From the NCBI GenBank assembly GCA_963796965.1, contig CAWCNS010000011.1, forward strand, positions 32,001 to 96,000: a DNA stretch of 64,000 nucleotides. The letters run 5' to 3'. This DNA comes from Calditrichia bacterium. Lineage in GTDB: Bacteria > Calditrichota > Calditrichia > JAJRVZ01. The notes under the pieces are model-generated. The model had not been told where the DNA came from, did no database searches, and worked only from the letters and a program-made list of their open reading frames with translations. Below, piece by piece: positions 43,485-55,666 of the stretch. Each line of letters opens with the position of its first letter. Position 1 is the first letter of the stretch. A program made the position numbers and the translations under genes.

Positions 43485-45673
43485 CTATGCCCCAATTGAA
43501 ACCAGGAACGACATAAATCCCACTAACAATACGACGATTATCACTGATATTAAAAAGCCTGTCCAGTCTTGCCGATCCCAACGGTCAAATTCCCAATTCG
43601 AATTCGGGAATAATTTATATTTTTGTACACTTTCCGGATTAGCATAAGCATGTTCAAGATTTTGTTGGTCTATCACAGGATCAGAATCTACTAATACTTT
43701 CATTTTAATATAAAATCGTTCAACATTTGTGGTGAATTTTACCCTTACTAACAGGGCAACAATAAAAAACACAATAAAGGGTACAAGGGTACGGATTAGA
43801 ATCCGTATTGTCTCATTCAGGGCATATGGATTTTGCTGTAAATCAAAGCCTAGGCCATCTAGCAACACGAGCTCCAGATTCAATAAACCACCACCTTTGA
43901 GATTATTATCTTTATCCGATTTAATACCTTTTGTCCAAAATATTGACTTTTTAGGCAGAACATAGGTTTTTACAATCGATTCACCCATTTTCAGTTTTTC
44001 TGGTTTTGGCGTACACTCCCTCCTTGACAGAATCCATCTGGAGCCACCGATCAATATCTTTATCCCGGTCTTCGATATCCACCATCTTTGCCAGATAAGT
44101 ACGTTGGATTGGAGCAGGATTTGTCGTTTTTAAGAGATCCTGGTCTGTTCTCAGACCTGGTCCGAATAAAGGAAAGAGTAATGGAAGAATATAAAAGAAC
44201 AAGGACGTAAACACGATGGAAGACCAGGCTGCCGGAGCATGTGCGCGACGCCACTTCATCCCTAGCCAAAAGCTTGCCGCAACCATTACATTTACTTCCC
44301 ACATAAATTTTAATATTTGTAAAATTGAATCAAATTGCGTGGCAATAAGAGCAGACCCAATTATCACCAATCCCCCGGCAACCCGGCCGATCAGAACATA
44401 ATGTTTTTCAGATTTTTTGGGTACAAGTGGTCGGTAAATATTATGGGTTAATAATCCCGAACAGGTTATCATCAGGCAATCGGCTGTTGACATTTGAGCG
44501 GCCAGCAGACAGGAGATCATGAGCCCTACCAAACCTAAATTTAGTCCTCCAAGAAGATCCCGTGTGGCGTATCCCCAGATGTAATCAGGGTTGGTCACTT
44601 CCCCCGAATATAAAATAATGGTAGTCAAAGCGAGGAATCCCCATAATATCGTTACAAATCGTTTCATAAAACTGCCGGTTACAAAACCAACTCTAGCCGC
44701 ATTTTCATTTTTTGCAGATCCATTAGCAATAAGAGAATTTGGTTGAATAACCACATTTAACATACCCATGAAAGCGATGGCCAAAATATAATACCAGGTA
44801 AAATCTATGGTTGTTGGAGATCCAAAAATCTCAAAAGCGGATTCCGGGAGATGGCGATGTAGAATTCCCATTGCATCCGACATACCCTCCCCCCCAAAAC
44901 GAAAGCTAATCTGATTCAGGGAAAACGGGATCAGAATAAGTGATAAGATAATAATAAATATACCTTGTATGGTATCGGTAATGAAGGCAGCCTCCAACCC
45001 GCCCGTAACCGCATAAGCGATGACCGCCAAAACAATAATCCAAATAAGCATATTCTGATCTATTTTGGAGAAGATTTTTTGTGGTTTTAAAATATCAAGT
45101 TCAGCAAGTCTATCTTGTTGATTGTCATCCAGGTATTGATAATCAATATTCCGAAGGGTTTCCCATTCTATGGCTAAATCATATTCCTGCCGCTCTTCCA
45201 ATGACAATTCATTTACAGATTTGGGTGTAAGTGCTGCCACGGTTTTAGTAATGGCAGTAAAGCCCACGGCGAGTATCGCCATCAGGCCAATACTGCCGAT
45301 AATGGCATAGACACCAGCTAATGATTTTGAGCCATACCGCTCTTCAAAAAAATCACCAAGGGTGAGTAGACGAAGACGCCTCATCCAGGGCATCACCAAC
45401 CAGTAGAACGGTGTTGCAAAAAGATAAATAAGCGAGCCTCCACATACCCGCAGCGCCATTACTAAAGGTGGTGGTTGAAACACCAATAGCAGTATCTGCC
45501 GAAGTACCTTGTCCAAAGGCTGCAAATGTTTGGATAAATTTACCAAACCGTCTACCTGCCAAAAAATAATCTTCCTGATTTTTTATACGCCTCATAGACC
45601 AGAGACCGATGGCAATGACTATAACGAAATAGATAATAATAACAATGATATCAATAAGAGGTAAGCCGAACAT
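43485..45673 (-). CDS. Sodium:solute symporter family protein (frameshifted)
   Basis: EDYFLAGRRFG, FFEERYGSK, GGLEAAFITDTIQG, LLAAQMST. Confidence 0.88.
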
Positions 45674-46202
45674 AGTATCCAACACCTTTAAATTCAATGA
45701 TTTAAAACAGGAATTTAGATAAAACCATATCAATATTTCACGCAAAGACTGCCGCCGAGGCGCCAAGCCGCAAAGTTATATATTATTAAAATTCATTATT
45801 ATTATGCAATGTCTTGACCATGTATTTACAGATTCTTGACTTCAATTTTGAGAGAAAAAGATGCAAGTCAAGGTCATCCTGAGCCCTGGCCTGTCGCTAG
45901 GACAGGCTTGTTTCTCCAAAGGAGTCCTACGGATAGAATCTAAGTGTTTAATTTTTATAAGATTCCAAAATCCCGAATTTCATTCGGGAGGATGACGAGT
46001 TCTGCCTACTCAAAAATACTTTTTCTTTGCATCTTGGCACCTTTGCGTGAGACTAATTTGAATTAATCTGGCCATAACCTTTGACAAATATACAAATAAT
46101 ATCAGAAATAAGTAGAGAGTAAAATATTACAGAATTGGATTATTACACCCCATTCTTCCAACTCCCTATGTATTCTCTAAATCTTATAGGGAAAAAATAC
46201 AC

Positions 46203-46231
46203 TTGACTTAAACGAACGTTCGTGCTAATTT
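46203..46231 (+). promoter_or_regulatory. Sigma70 promoter with TetR-type operator in the spacer
   Basis: TTGACT-17 bp-TAATTT with extended TG; palindrome ACGAACGTTCGT at 46212-46223. Confidence 0.7.
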
Positions 46232-46236
46232 ATGAC

Positions 46237-46839
46237 ATGATTAAAGGAAGCACGACAAAGAACACAATCATCGAGGCTGGGCTTGAAGTTGCCAGTCGTT
46301 TCGGTCTTGAATGTGTAACCATCGGCAACCTGGCAAAAGAAACGAAAATGTCTAAGAGCGGATTATTCGCGCATTTTCAATCAAAAGAAAATTTGCAGAT
46401 TGAAATTCTCGAGCATGCGTCCGTGGAGTTTTCTCAATATGTTGTAATTCCGGCACTCAAAACAGAACGCGGTATACCCAGAATCAAGAAACTTGTAAAC
46501 CGTTGGATCGAATGGAGTTACAAACTAAGTGGTGGATGTATATTTGTGACAACAAGTTCTGAATATAGTGAAAGACCTGGTAAAATTCGCGACGTATTAT
46601 TGCATCAGCAAGAGTCCTGGATTGATTGCCTTCATAGGGTAGCTACATCGGCAATTAAAGCGGGTGATTTTAGAAAAAATATTGATTGCGATCAGTTTGC
46701 CTATGACTTGTATTCGCTCTTATTAGGCTTCCATTATTATGACCGATTACTAAATGATAAAAAATCAAAAAAAAGACAGAATGTAGCATTAGAAAGACTT
46801 CTTAACACCTATCGCCCTGCTCCATCTGGTACAATTTAA
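46237..46839 (+). CDS. TetR/AcrR family regulator
   Basis: TIGNLAKETKMSKSGLFAHFQSKENLQ HTH; GGCIF; ATG at 46237 preferred over GTG at 46222. Confidence 0.93.
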   Translation: MIKGSTTKNTIIEAGLEVASRFGLECVTIGNLAKETKMSKSGLFAHFQSKENLQIEILEHASVEFSQYVVIPALKTERGIPRIKKLVNRWIEWSYKLSGGCIFVTTSSEYSERPGKIRDVLLHQQESWIDCLHRVATSAIKAGDFRKNIDCDQFAYDLYSLLLGFHYYDRLLNDKKSKKRQNVALERLLNTYRPAPSGTI

Positions 46840-46862
46840 TTGGGATTAACCGAGGTATCACA

Positions 46863-47780
46863 ATGTCAAAGCGAGACATAAATGAAAACTATAATGGCAC
46901 GAACGTTCGTATGAATTTAATAAAAAAGAAACTCCTCAAATTAGTATTAAGTGGCTTGTGGTTTATATGGCCATCTTTTGTCGAACGAATAATCCTAAAA
47001 CTTTTTTTCTCTCCTTCCCCCTATCGGTTAAACGATAAGGAGAAGGATCTTATCGAACAGGGAGAATCCTTCTATATCTTGTCTCGTGGAAACCGAATAA
47101 AATGTTGGAGATGGGGCAAAGGACCTGTCATTCTTTTTGGCCATGGCTGGAATGGGCGGGGAATACAGTTTCATCACTTTATTACCTCTATTGTCAATGA
47201 AGGATATACCGCCGTGGCCTATGACGCTCCTGCCCATGGAGAGTCGGAGGGTCAATTCAGTAACTATTTTGATTTTACCGATGCCCTAAGAGCCGTCTAT
47301 AGCGCACTCAAACAGAAGGATTTTCATGGAATTATTGCACATTCTCTCGGAGCAGCAGCCGCTATTAACATGGCAGAAAAAGAGGACTACAAAGGTAGAC
47401 TTTTACTCATTGCATCACCCCTTAAATTAAAAGAATTGCTTTTTAAAACCTTTGACGATTTTGGGATTCCTAAGATTATTTACCAGAGTTTGATTCAAGA
47501 CCTGGAAAGAAATTATGAATATAATCTTCACTTTGACAATCCATGCCAAATATTAAAAAGATATAAAAATCAAATACATATCATTCATGACACAACCGAT
47601 CGTATGATTCCATTTGAACAGGCAGAAAAAATCGCAGATTATTATAGCCATATTCAGGTTCACCTCACAGAAGGGTATGGACATAGAAAAATCCTCTATC
47701 AGGACGCGGTTATAAATATAATATTAAAAATCCTTAAACAGCCTGAAGACGAACTGAAATCCATGCAACAGGCTTCCTAA
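46863..47780 (+). CDS. Alpha/beta hydrolase
   Basis: HGWNG, DAPAHG.S, AHSLG, IHD..D, GYGHRKIL. Confidence 0.9.
   Translation: MSKRDINENYNGTNVRMNLIKKKLLKLVLSGLWFIWPSFVERIILKLFFSPSPYRLNDKEKDLIEQGESFYILSRGNRIKCWRWGKGPVILFGHGWNGRGIQFHHFITSIVNEGYTAVAYDAPAHGESEGQFSNYFDFTDALRAVYSALKQKDFHGIIAHSLGAAAAINMAEKEDYKGRLLLIASPLKLKELLFKTFDDFGIPKIIYQSLIQDLERNYEYNLHFDNPCQILKRYKNQIHIIHDTTDRMIPFEQAEKIADYYSHIQVHLTEGYGHRKILYQDAVINIILKILKQPEDELKSMQQAS
46897..46910. promoter_or_regulatory. Second TetR operator copy at the hydrolase 5' end
   Basis: GCACGAACGTTCGT, exact reverse complement of 46212-46225. Confidence 0.7.
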
Positions 47781-48284
47781 TTTATTAAAATATCATTGGC
47801 CTCATTTATAGCAGAGATCATGTAAAAATAAAAATCCATGCTATGCGCTTTGCTCCTTACACTATGCAAATACAAATCCCCTTTGCGGCTTAGCGTCTTT
47901 GCGCGCATTAACCAATCAAACAAATCACCGAATTTCTTCCTAATTCCTACAACTGAAAGGCATGGCTTATCTTTATATCTTACCAAAATTGATACCAATA
48001 GTAAGCCTTTGATTAAAATATTAACATAAATGTTCATTAGTCGTTCGCGAATGACCAATACACTATAACAATTACTTTATTTGTTTTCTCTGCGCGACAA
48101 CTAATCACCCCTACCCAAACCTGAATGATCCCAAATCTCAAATAGATATACAGAAATATGTAAATTTACATTATTTTAAAATATTTTAGACTTTTGGAAA
48201 TATTTAATCTCTTAATTCTATTTTAATAGACTTATAAATCTATTTAATAACATTTTCTAATATTTTCACTCAACTTAAAATTCT

Positions 48285-48979
48285 ATGAAGACCATCTTAC
48301 TCTATTGTGTTGAGTTTTATCCTCATTTCGGATATCCCTCCAATCATATGCGCAGGATAAGCAATTGATTACAGGAACTGTTTTTATCCCCGGTTGTGAA
48401 TAAGGAGAAACGTACCTTTAGGGGACGGTTATATCGCAATCGTTTATCCGCACGTAAAAAAAAGCAATCCGTTGCAAAGAAAGTGCAATCCGCCTTCTCC
48501 GATGTAATCGTTAGTGCCCATCCCCTATCCTATGTCTATGAGGTAGATTCACTTCCTCCTGTAAATATTCTCCAGATAAATGCCGAATTTGTCCCACGTA
48601 TTATACCCGTTACACCAGGCACAGAGATTCGCTTCATAAACAGGGATAAATTTTTCCATAATGTCTTCAGCATTACAGCCGGATGAAAGTTTAATATCGG
48701 AAGGAAACCAACGGGTATAATTGAGCGGAGAAAAATTGAACAACTGGGCGAAGTCAAACTTTTTTGTGATATTCATGCTCAAAAATGAATGCAACTGTTA
48801 TTTGTATCAACACGCCCTATTTCACCAGGGTTCAGGCTAATGGACGATATCTCATATCTGATCTTCCTGAAGGGATGTATGAATTAAAAATTTACCATCC
48901 GGATCTTCCTGAGATTAGTGAGATTATTGAGATTGCTGCTGGACAGAAAATAATCAAAAACTTTACCCTAAGTCGTTAG
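48285..48979 (+). CDS. Secreted cupredoxin-like + carboxypeptidase-regulatory-like protein (frameshifts, internal TGA)
   Basis: F.PRI..V..G..I.F.N.D..FHNVFS, FCDIH..M, PYFT.V...G.Y.I..LPEG.Y. Confidence 0.7.
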
Positions 48980-48985
48980 GATATT

Positions 48986-50691
48986 ATGCGATTTAACATT
49001 CAGACAAAGCTTTTTGTTTTAATGGTTGGTATGATGGCCCTAATATTTATCTGGTGTGCTTGTTGCTATTACCATGACCGTATCGGAAAAGATTGAGCAG
49101 CAGGTTATTGAAGATTTTAACAAAACCCAGGCTCATTTTCTAGAAGCAAAGCCTTATTTACGATCGCCTCGTTGGAGTCCTGCTTATTGATTGGTGAGAA
49201 TTCTACCTTTAAAGGCTGATGTTGAAATACATGCGATCCAGCCACGGTATATGAGGCGGTTATGTATCTCTCTAATTTTGCCATGGTAGATCTTTTTATT
49301 GTAACCGATGAATATGGTAAAGTGCTTGCCCGGTTTGACCAACCGAATAATTTTGGTGATGATCATCACTAATCACCCCAGCGTAGTTCGTGCTCTTAAT
49401 GGCATTATACCGGATATCGATCCGTACGTGCGGCGGAACTCTGGACTATTGACAATCAGACTTTTTCAGGTCGCCACAGTACCACTATATTATGATGACT
49501 ATCGCATTATTGGATCAATTTCGTTAGGCACCCAAATCACAAACCATGAAGGCCAAGGCATTAAAAGGGGATTCAAATATCGATATTACCATGTATCTTG
49601 GCGAAGGTGTACTTGCCTCTACTTTTTCGGATTCCCTATCTAACTCTGAAATTGACTCTCTTATCTGGTTTCAGGCAAAACATCAACCAATAATAGATAC
49701 TGTTTTGTCTGCAATGAATCCAAGTTCAGCCTTTACCAGCAAATTAAATTCTGATGAAGTTTTTGCTTTTATTTCTCCACTTGGTGAGGGCGTGTCAGCG
49801 TTCTATCTGGCAACTGTAAAAAAAGCAACAGAACTACTCATTCTGGATGCCCTGCGCAAAAACATCTTTATCACAGCTGGAATCAGCATTGCCATTACCA
49901 TATTATTAGCCCTACTGCTCGGAAGAACCTTTTCAAATCCTATACTACGATTAGTAAAAGGTATGAATAAGGTCAAAGAAGGTGATTTGAGTATTTCTGT
50001 AAATCCTTCGAGCAAAGATGAGATCGGATTGCTTACGACCACATTTAACGGCATGATTGTGGGGTTACGAGAACGGTTGCATCTGATGAAGTATGTGGGG
50101 ACGCATACGATTGATATGATCAAAAAATCATCTCACGAGGTAGTTTCACTAAGGGGTGAACGCCGGGAATTAGCTGTACTTTTCTCAGATGTTCGGGGAT
50201 TTACTGCATATAGTGAGCACCATACCCCAGAAGAAGTTATCAATATGCTCAACCGTTATCTAGGCTACCAGGCAGATCTTGTAAGTTTATATAATGGCTC
50301 GGTAGATAAATTTGTCGGTGATGAAATGGTTGCCCTCTTTATAGGAGAAGATTCTGTTAAACAAGCACTGGATTGTAGTATTGCTATTCAACGCCTTGTC
50401 AAAAAAGAACATGAGAATGATCCAACACCTGTCTACATAGGAATCGGTATAAATCATGGCCCCGTGGTTCTCGGTAATATGGGGGCAACAGAACGTATGG
50501 ATTATACCGTTATTGGGGCTGCTGTCAACCTTGGCGCAAGATTATGTTCAGCTGCAAATCCGGGCCAAATACTCATCAAAAAAGATCTAATCAATGGACT
50601 CTCTGATGAATATCATATTGGAGATTCAAAAATGATGTCATTTAAAGGATTCTCTCATGAAATTGAGATCGTTGATATACTGGCGACATAA
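48986..50691 (+). CDS. Membrane HAMP-domain adenylate cyclase (5' part frameshifted)
   Basis: MRFNIQTKLF TM start; HAMP DEIGLLTTTFN.M; LFSDVRGFT, DKFVGD, DYTVIGAAVNLGARL. Confidence 0.85.
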
Positions 50692-51893
50692 TTTTCTCAT
50701 AGGATTAAGTATCCTGATTTTCCTCCCGCTTTTATCCCGGGCACAGGTGGATTTCAACGGTACTTTAGACTTGTCTGTGGCAAAGGGCGGTAAGGAATCA
50801 AAATTTATCACCAATGAAATTAATAATGAATATCGCAATTTACACATGTCTATATACCAACTTAATTTATTTGCCTTTGCACAGGTCACAGATGATTTTT
50901 TCGTGAATGCACGGATTCAGTGGGATATCTGGGGAACAGGCAAATTAAATGCGGCCCGAATCACCCTTGCTATGATTGGATGGGAACCTGAGGAATCAAA
51001 CTGGAGTTTGGGTATTGGTCGATTTGTATCGCCCTTTGGTCTCTATCCCCGGCGAATATTATCTGCAGATAATCTTTTTACCCAGGCACCTCTGGGATAT
51101 GGTTATTTTATTAATATGTCAGATGAAAGAGGTTACTGGCCGAAAGCCGGTGACTCTGGAATTTATGGACCAAATGATGTCGGTTTGACCACCGTCTACT
51201 TTGGTGGATATAGTACCGGTTTTTTAGCCAGCTTGGATCATTATACCGGATTTATTCAATATAGATCTCGCGCTAACAAACGCAGCCATCACATCACAGA
51301 GAGATTATACAAATCTGGCAAACATGGGGGGAATTATTCGCTTTGGTTTTCAGCCATTCATTTACTGGCAGCAAGGCATTTCAGTAAGTTATGGTAGCTT
51401 TATGCAAAGGGCTGGTGTGAACACCCTTTACGATGATTTGGAAAATTACACACAAAGTATCGTTGCCACCGATATTATTCTTGCACATTCCTATTTTGAA
51501 CTCTCAGGAGAATTTATTTATTCTCTTTGGGATGTGCCTATGTTTACCGGTACAGATTTTATAAAAAATGATAATAATCAGTTAAAAAAATTCAATCTAC
51601 GAAATTATTCTGCTTATGCAGATTTTAAATATGAGCCTCCCTTCTTTACCGGCTTTTATATTGCGTTGCGCTATGACATGTTACATTTTCTTGATTCAAA
51701 AGATATTGAAGACGTTAATTCAAAGAATTTCAACCCCTGGGATAATGACGTCACCCGACATTCAGTGGCCATGGGTTATAAATTTGCCCGTCCCATATTA
51801 TTTAAAGTCGCCTATATGACTCAAACAACCAAGAATTTAGATCCGGATCCCGATGATGATACGATTATTGCAATTTTAACAGTCTCATTCTAG
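50657..51893 (+). CDS. Outer-membrane beta-barrel (porin-like) protein (frameshift near 51240)
   Basis: Signal peptide, IGRFVSPFG, ALRYD, ends LTVSF. Confidence 0.7.
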
Positions 51894-52046
51894 CCTGATC
51901 AAATCATATCACCCCGTTATACGTGTCCTTTGACCCCGTAATAGCGGGGGATGGAAATATATTTATCGGGAGCAGCTCTGCGAGAAAAGAATATTCTCAA
52001 TTAGTAAAATATTTGCAAAAATACAAATATAAACCAGGGGGATAAT

Positions 52047-52625
52047 ATGGAAAGAAGAAATTTTCTAAAGTCATTAAGCTTATACCGGTGGAATTGTAAC
52101 TACCGCCGGACTTGTTAACGCCTGCTCATCATCAACGGCAGCAACAGACGGGGACTTCACAGAGGATGAACCAATTGTTAGAGCAGGAGCAGAGTTTGAA
52201 GCAATGGGCGTAAAAACCTATGAAGCAGCCTGCCAATTCGGGACTTCTGGAAGACCAGGCGATTATTACTACCGCTGTTGCCTATATGAATGACCATATG
52301 AAGCACTTGGATGAGTTAAATAAACTTTTATCAACGAACGGCTTTGATGAGATAAATCCCGCTAATGCCAGCCCCGATCCCGGTGTTGGCAGTGTCGCCA
52401 ATCAAACCGATGTTCTAAACCTTGCTTTAAATGTCGAGTTTCAGGCCGCCACATTCTATTTTTCAAATATTGTAACCGCGATCAAAAGCGCCTCTGCACG
52501 AACGGTTTTCGCCAATATCCTTCCTGTTGAGACAGACTCATTTTACAACATACAAAAATGTTCTTGGCTATACACCTGCGATCGATGGATCACTTTTTGA
52601 AGATTTGACCTCAGGATTGGATTAA
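52047..52625 (+). CDS. Tat-exported ferritin-like protein (Ferritin_2-like; frameshifted)
   Basis: MERRNFLK twin-arginine signal; E.MGVKTY, DHMKH..L, LNLALNVE..A...Y, ILPVE. Confidence 0.7.
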
Positions 52626-52864
52626 TTAATTTTTTAAGCAAAGAGAAAACGTCTTGCCAGGACGCAGAGGCACAGAAAGTTTAAAGAAAAAAGACAAAAC
52701 ACAAAGACTAAATAGAATAAAAAAACTAAAAATGTAATTCGTGAAATTCGCTTAAATTCGGCCTGTCCCGTTCTACGGGAGTAATTAGTAGAAGAAATCT
52801 TTTATCTCTCGTGTCTTTGCATGATATAACCAATTGCAGGGATTAGTCATATTCCTGCTAATTC

Positions 52865-53815
52865 CTACAATTGGAAAGTGAAGGACATGTACCCCCAGCG
52901 GTGCAGCGTACCATTTTTAAATTCCGGCGAGACTTGTTGCATGCCTATTTCAAAATTAAAATATTTATAAGATAAATTTATACCACTCTTCGCTTTAATA
53001 ACAAAGGAATTTAATTCCATTCTATTAGTCTCAACTATTGGGTTGAAAAGTCCTCCCTGAAGTGTCGCATTATAAACAACCACATTCGCATCTATATTTG
53101 CAAAAGCGTACATCCGCCAGCCATTACTTCTGTAAAGACCCAAATTTGAAAAATAATCATGATATTCTCCTGCTCTCAAGGTCACACCGGTGCCCGCATA
53201 GGTATGGGGTAGGCCAACTGTTCCATGCAAATCCCCACTCATGCCAAACAGTTCATGATTTATCAACCCTTTTTCAGCCTCAAGGCTGTAGTTTAATGCC
53301 AGATCTGACTGAACCTGATTCTCCCAACCATATACATGGGAAGAAGTTGGCAATGCCGCATGAACGCCATTTTGAACCAATTCGCCACCAGCATACTTAC
53401 CTAAGACCCCCACTTCAAATTGTGAAGTAAAAAGAAATTTTGTATCATAGTTCAACGAGGTTTTTTTGCTGCCCACCAGAAGATAGGACGCAAAAGGTCG
53501 ATCCAGTTTATTATAGATCCCAGCATCCATTTTCTGTGGTGTAAATATGTCCTGTCTTAAGGTAACAGAATTGAAGCTTACAGACGCATCATTATGCAGA
53601 AAATGAAGTGGCGCCAATAAACCCATACTATTTTCTGTAACATACGCCAGGTTTATACCATTTGTATAATACTTGTCAGTTTGGAAGACCACATCATTGG
53701 CAAAGCCAAAGCGAAGCCATTGGCCATTTTTGCCATACTCCTGAGACCATCCGCTACTCACAAACAATCCCGCCATCATCGTCATCTGCATGACTGTCGT
53801 CATAAATTTATTCAT
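52865..53815 (-). CDS. lpxR: Lipid A 3'-O-deacylase LpxR family
   Basis: ND....D.YYTNG, QDIFTP, DRPFASYL, VQ..VH, GWENQ, SPEF, H.WG. Confidence 0.8.
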   Translation of the reverse strand: MNKFMTTVMQMTMMAGLFVSSGWSQEYGKNGQWLRFGFANDVVFQTDKYYTNGINLAYVTENSMGLLAPLHFLHNDASVSFNSVTLRQDIFTPQKMDAGIYNKLDRPFASYLLVGSKKTSLNYDTKFLFTSQFEVGVLGKYAGGELVQNGVHAALPTSSHVYGWENQVQSDLALNYSLEAEKGLINHELFGMSGDLHGTVGLPHTYAGTGVTLRAGEYHDYFSNLGLYRSNGWRMYAFANIDANVVVYNATLQGGLFNPIVETNRMELNSFVIKAKSGINLSYKYFNFEIGMQQVSPEFKNGTLHRWGYMSFTFQL

Positions 53816-54077
53816 ATCATATACTTATAAGATAAAACGGTAAAAAAGTTCATTTGGAAGGAGTTATGCGCTGGACACATCATTTTATAACACAGGCTGA
53901 GGTGTTAATCCGTTATAAAAAATTAATTGATATGATCGTCATCCTGAATTTATTTCAGGATCTTTAATGCGGTGTCTCAGATGCTGAAACAACCCTGTCC
54001 TGGCTACAGGCCAGGGTTCAGGATGACAGATTACCATTGGGTCATATTGAACTTATTCCATAGCTATGCTATAAAAA

Positions 54078-55397
54078 TTAAAAATCCCATGAAAAGTATA
54101 AGGTCTGAAAATTACTTCCACCAGAGATACGACCAAATTGTTGTGCATTTTCAAAAATAGCAGAGCGGTGGTGAATGCTGTATCCTAACCAAAGATTCTT
54201 TAACTCGTCACCCCCAAAAATATCACCGATGTTAAAATCTAAAGAGAAGTCAAGATAATTCAATAGATTACTAGGCTGGTATCCTTTTCTTTCCATCTCA
54301 GAGCCTTCGACATAGGGAATTTCATTAGCATAAGACAAACCCTCAGCAGCGCCAAAACGCCACCGGATTGGCCATCGGACGGTAAAATAAACCTTAATAG
54401 CTATTACAGCCTCCCAGGAGTTTGGCTGAACTTGCGATTTGTGATGCCAGACAAATCCCGGGGTGAGATAGAAATCCATCGATAAGCCGAAGAGCTGGTC
54501 GGTAAGAGGATGACCATAAAAGACTGAGGTCATCTGATTATTAAATGTATCCTTATTTGCCTGAAATCTGATAATTTTTGCCAGATCTGTTGGGGTTGCC
54601 CAACCATGCGCAATCCGTACATAAGGTCGGGTTCGAATTTCCGTTTTCCTCGGCTTGGATACATCATTAGAGAAACCAATCCCAAGATATACCTCACCAT
54701 TAAAATCCCGGTTTACAAACTCAACCCCCCGGACATTTTTATCCAGGTAGGTTATTTTTCCTGCTCCATATAAGTAAAAATTGCTGATGGCATGGAGTTG
54801 CACCACCAGGCCTAACCCTATATCGACACCCCCATCAACTTCCACTTGGGTTAGTCCAAAATAGCGGCTATTGTACTTTTTACTTTTAATTTTAAATTCC
54901 AGAAATGGATCGAGTCGGAATGCACCGGTAGTAAAATCTGCACCAAGCCGAACATTACTCGACCAGGCTCCGTAATAATCATTCATAATCTCCAGATCCA
55001 AATACTGCCAGTCAAGTGGTCTATATTTTGCCTGAAGACCAACCTCAAGGATATCACCCTGTATCTCATTCTGAAAGTCTTTTGGAATATCCACAAAATG
55101 CAATTTACCGAGTAAGGTAAAAAGCCAATCACCCCTACGATAGAAATGGAATCCACCTTCCAGGGCGCGTATATAAAATATTTTACCGTCGTAATATATT
55201 AAAGGAACCAGGGTCCCAACGGTCCTGTCACCTTCAGTTGCAAATGGAATGGTAGCACTTCTAGCAATCATTCCCAATGCCCAGGGTCGCTCAGGCTGTA
55301 TCGTCTTGGTTGAATCAGATGAATAAATATTGGTAATAAGTAAAACTATTATCAGTACAGACAGTAGATAGAATTTTGATGTCATAAGAATCCCCAT
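54078..55397 (-). CDS. MipA/OmpV family outer-membrane protein
   Basis: VPLIYYDG..FYIR, YN.RYFG, GAAEGLSY, LNYLDFS.D, IHHRS.IF, C-terminal F. Confidence 0.75.
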   Translation of the reverse strand: MGILMTSKFYLLSVLIIVLLITNIYSSDSTKTIQPERPWALGMIARSATIPFATEGDRTVGTLVPLIYYDGKIFYIRALEGGFHFYRRGDWLFTLLGKLHFVDIPKDFQNEIQGDILEVGLQAKYRPLDWQYLDLEIMNDYYGAWSSNVRLGADFTTGAFRLDPFLEFKIKSKKYNSRYFGLTQVEVDGGVDIGLGLVVQLHAISNFYLYGAGKITYLDKNVRGVEFVNRDFNGEVYLGIGFSNDVSKPRKTEIRTRPYVRIAHGWATPTDLAKIIRFQANKDTFNNQMTSVFYGHPLTDQLFGLSMDFYLTPGFVWHHKSQVQPNSWEAVIAIKVYFTVRWPIRWRFGAAEGLSYANEIPYVEGSEMERKGYQPSNLLNYLDFSLDFNIGDIFGGDELKNLWLGYSIHHRSAIFENAQQFGRISGGSNFQTLYFSWDF

Positions 55398-55666
55398 ATA
55401 GATTATATTTTATCTATAAATGTTAACCGTTGCCATAATTAATATCAAATTTATTTATACCCGTTGCACACATTCTCAATGCATAAAGAATATAATCCTA
55501 ATAAACAAAATAGAAGTTTTAGTCTTTAAAATTCAGGACGATAATAAATTAAATCGGTGATTTTTATTAGTAAAAATAGTACCAACCCTTTATTGCCGAC
55601 ATCCTCGCCATGCAAGGGGTAATTTCCAGAGAATTTTTCAGATCAAATTAAAGATGGAGAAAGGTA

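Noticed and set aside
48684..48686. In-frame TGA in the cupredoxin-like gene as Sec or an alternative genetic code
   Set aside because: Not at a Cys-type position, no obvious SECIS, the gene has other errors, and TGA ends many genes in this window
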